From contig NC_135881.1 of NCBI RefSeq assembly GCF_964194155.1, positions 185,752,001 to 185,816,000 of the forward strand: 64,000 bases of DNA, read 5' to 3'. Source of the DNA: Cetorhinus maximus. Its lineage: Eukaryota. Shown here in pieces: positions 63,241 through 64,000 of the stretch. Below the pieces are notes generated by a model. It saw only the letters and a list, made by a program, of their open reading frames with translations, was not told where the DNA came from and ran no database searches. Position numbers and translations under genes: made by a program. Each line of letters starts with the position of its first letter. Within the stretch, counting starts at the first letter, position 1.

Positions 63241-64000
63241 AGTTTAAAGACTCTGAGAAAACTAAACGAGGGGGTGAGGAATCCATTGTAATTGTAGCAA
63301 GTCAAGGGGTAGGGTCATGGCAGGAGAGCAAAATAGTAATATGGGAAATGAGGGTCAGAGAATGGCAGGAAAGGACAGAGAGAAAACCCTAAGAATACAC
63401 CAACAGTCAAGAGTAGATGTTACAAAGATAATAAAGGACAAAACTAAAGGCTCTATCTGAATGCGCGTAGCATTATAACAAAGTAAATGAATTGATAGTG
63501 TACATTGAAGGAAATAAATATGATCTGATAGCCATTACGGAGACGTGGCTGCAGACTGAAAAGGATTAGGTCCTGAATATTGAGGGGTTATATGACCTTC
63601 AAGAAGAATAGGAAGCTAGGTGAAGGGCTAGCACGGTTAATCAAGGAAGGCATTGGTGCAATAGTTGGAGATGACCTTTGTTCAGGAGATCAGGATGTAG
63701 AATCAATTTGAGTAGAGATGAGGAATAGCAGGGGAAAGAGGTCACTTGTGGGAGTGGTCTACAGGCCCCCTAACAGTAACCACAATATAGGACAACGTAT
63801 ACAAGAAGCATTGGATGCTTGTGATAAAGGGGCGACAATGATCATGGATGATTTAAATCTACATATAAACTGGAAAAGTCAAATTGGCAGTAGTAGCCCG
63901 GATGAGGAGTTCACAGCTTGCTTTCACGATAGTTTCTTAGTGCAACATTCTCTGGAACCAAATAGACAGCAGGTTATATTAGACTTGGTATTGTGTAATG
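63241..64000 (+). mobile_element. CR1 ORF2 start (APE endonuclease), runs off the window
   Basis: KALYLNARSI...YDLIAITETWL...VGVVYRPPNS. Confidence 0.85.

Overview
Vertebrate genomic DNA, most likely a cartilaginous fish (inferred from the repeat types: Deu-domain SINEs, CR1-type LINEs, Penelope-like palindromic ends, GC-rich Harbinger-like MITEs). Three genes are supported. METTL6 (- strand) is complete: 5 coding exons at 32388->17717, 313 aa, plus a probable non-coding exon 1. EAF1 (+ strand) is complete: 6 coding exons at 36046-50724, 277 aa, head-to-head with METTL6 on a shared CpG island. MTURN (+ strand) contributes its first coding exon at 55597-55758; the rest was not found and is presumably beyond the window. 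Most other DNA is decayed mobile elements: CR1/L2/RTE LINEs, SINEs, a near-complete Tigger4/Zombi-like pogo transposon, Harbinger-like MITEs plus a Harbinger Myb/SANT remnant, solo-LTR-like elements, and a fragmented retrovirus-like fossil in METTL6's last intron. I found no convincing wholly new biological system. The best leads are that fossil, the METTL6 leader (an in-frame upstream ATG blocked by stops in a 51-bp duplication), a both-strand-open segment in MTURN intron 1, and several rearrangement scars. Gene identities come from recalled human orthologue sequences, no searches were run, and repeat boundaries are approximate.
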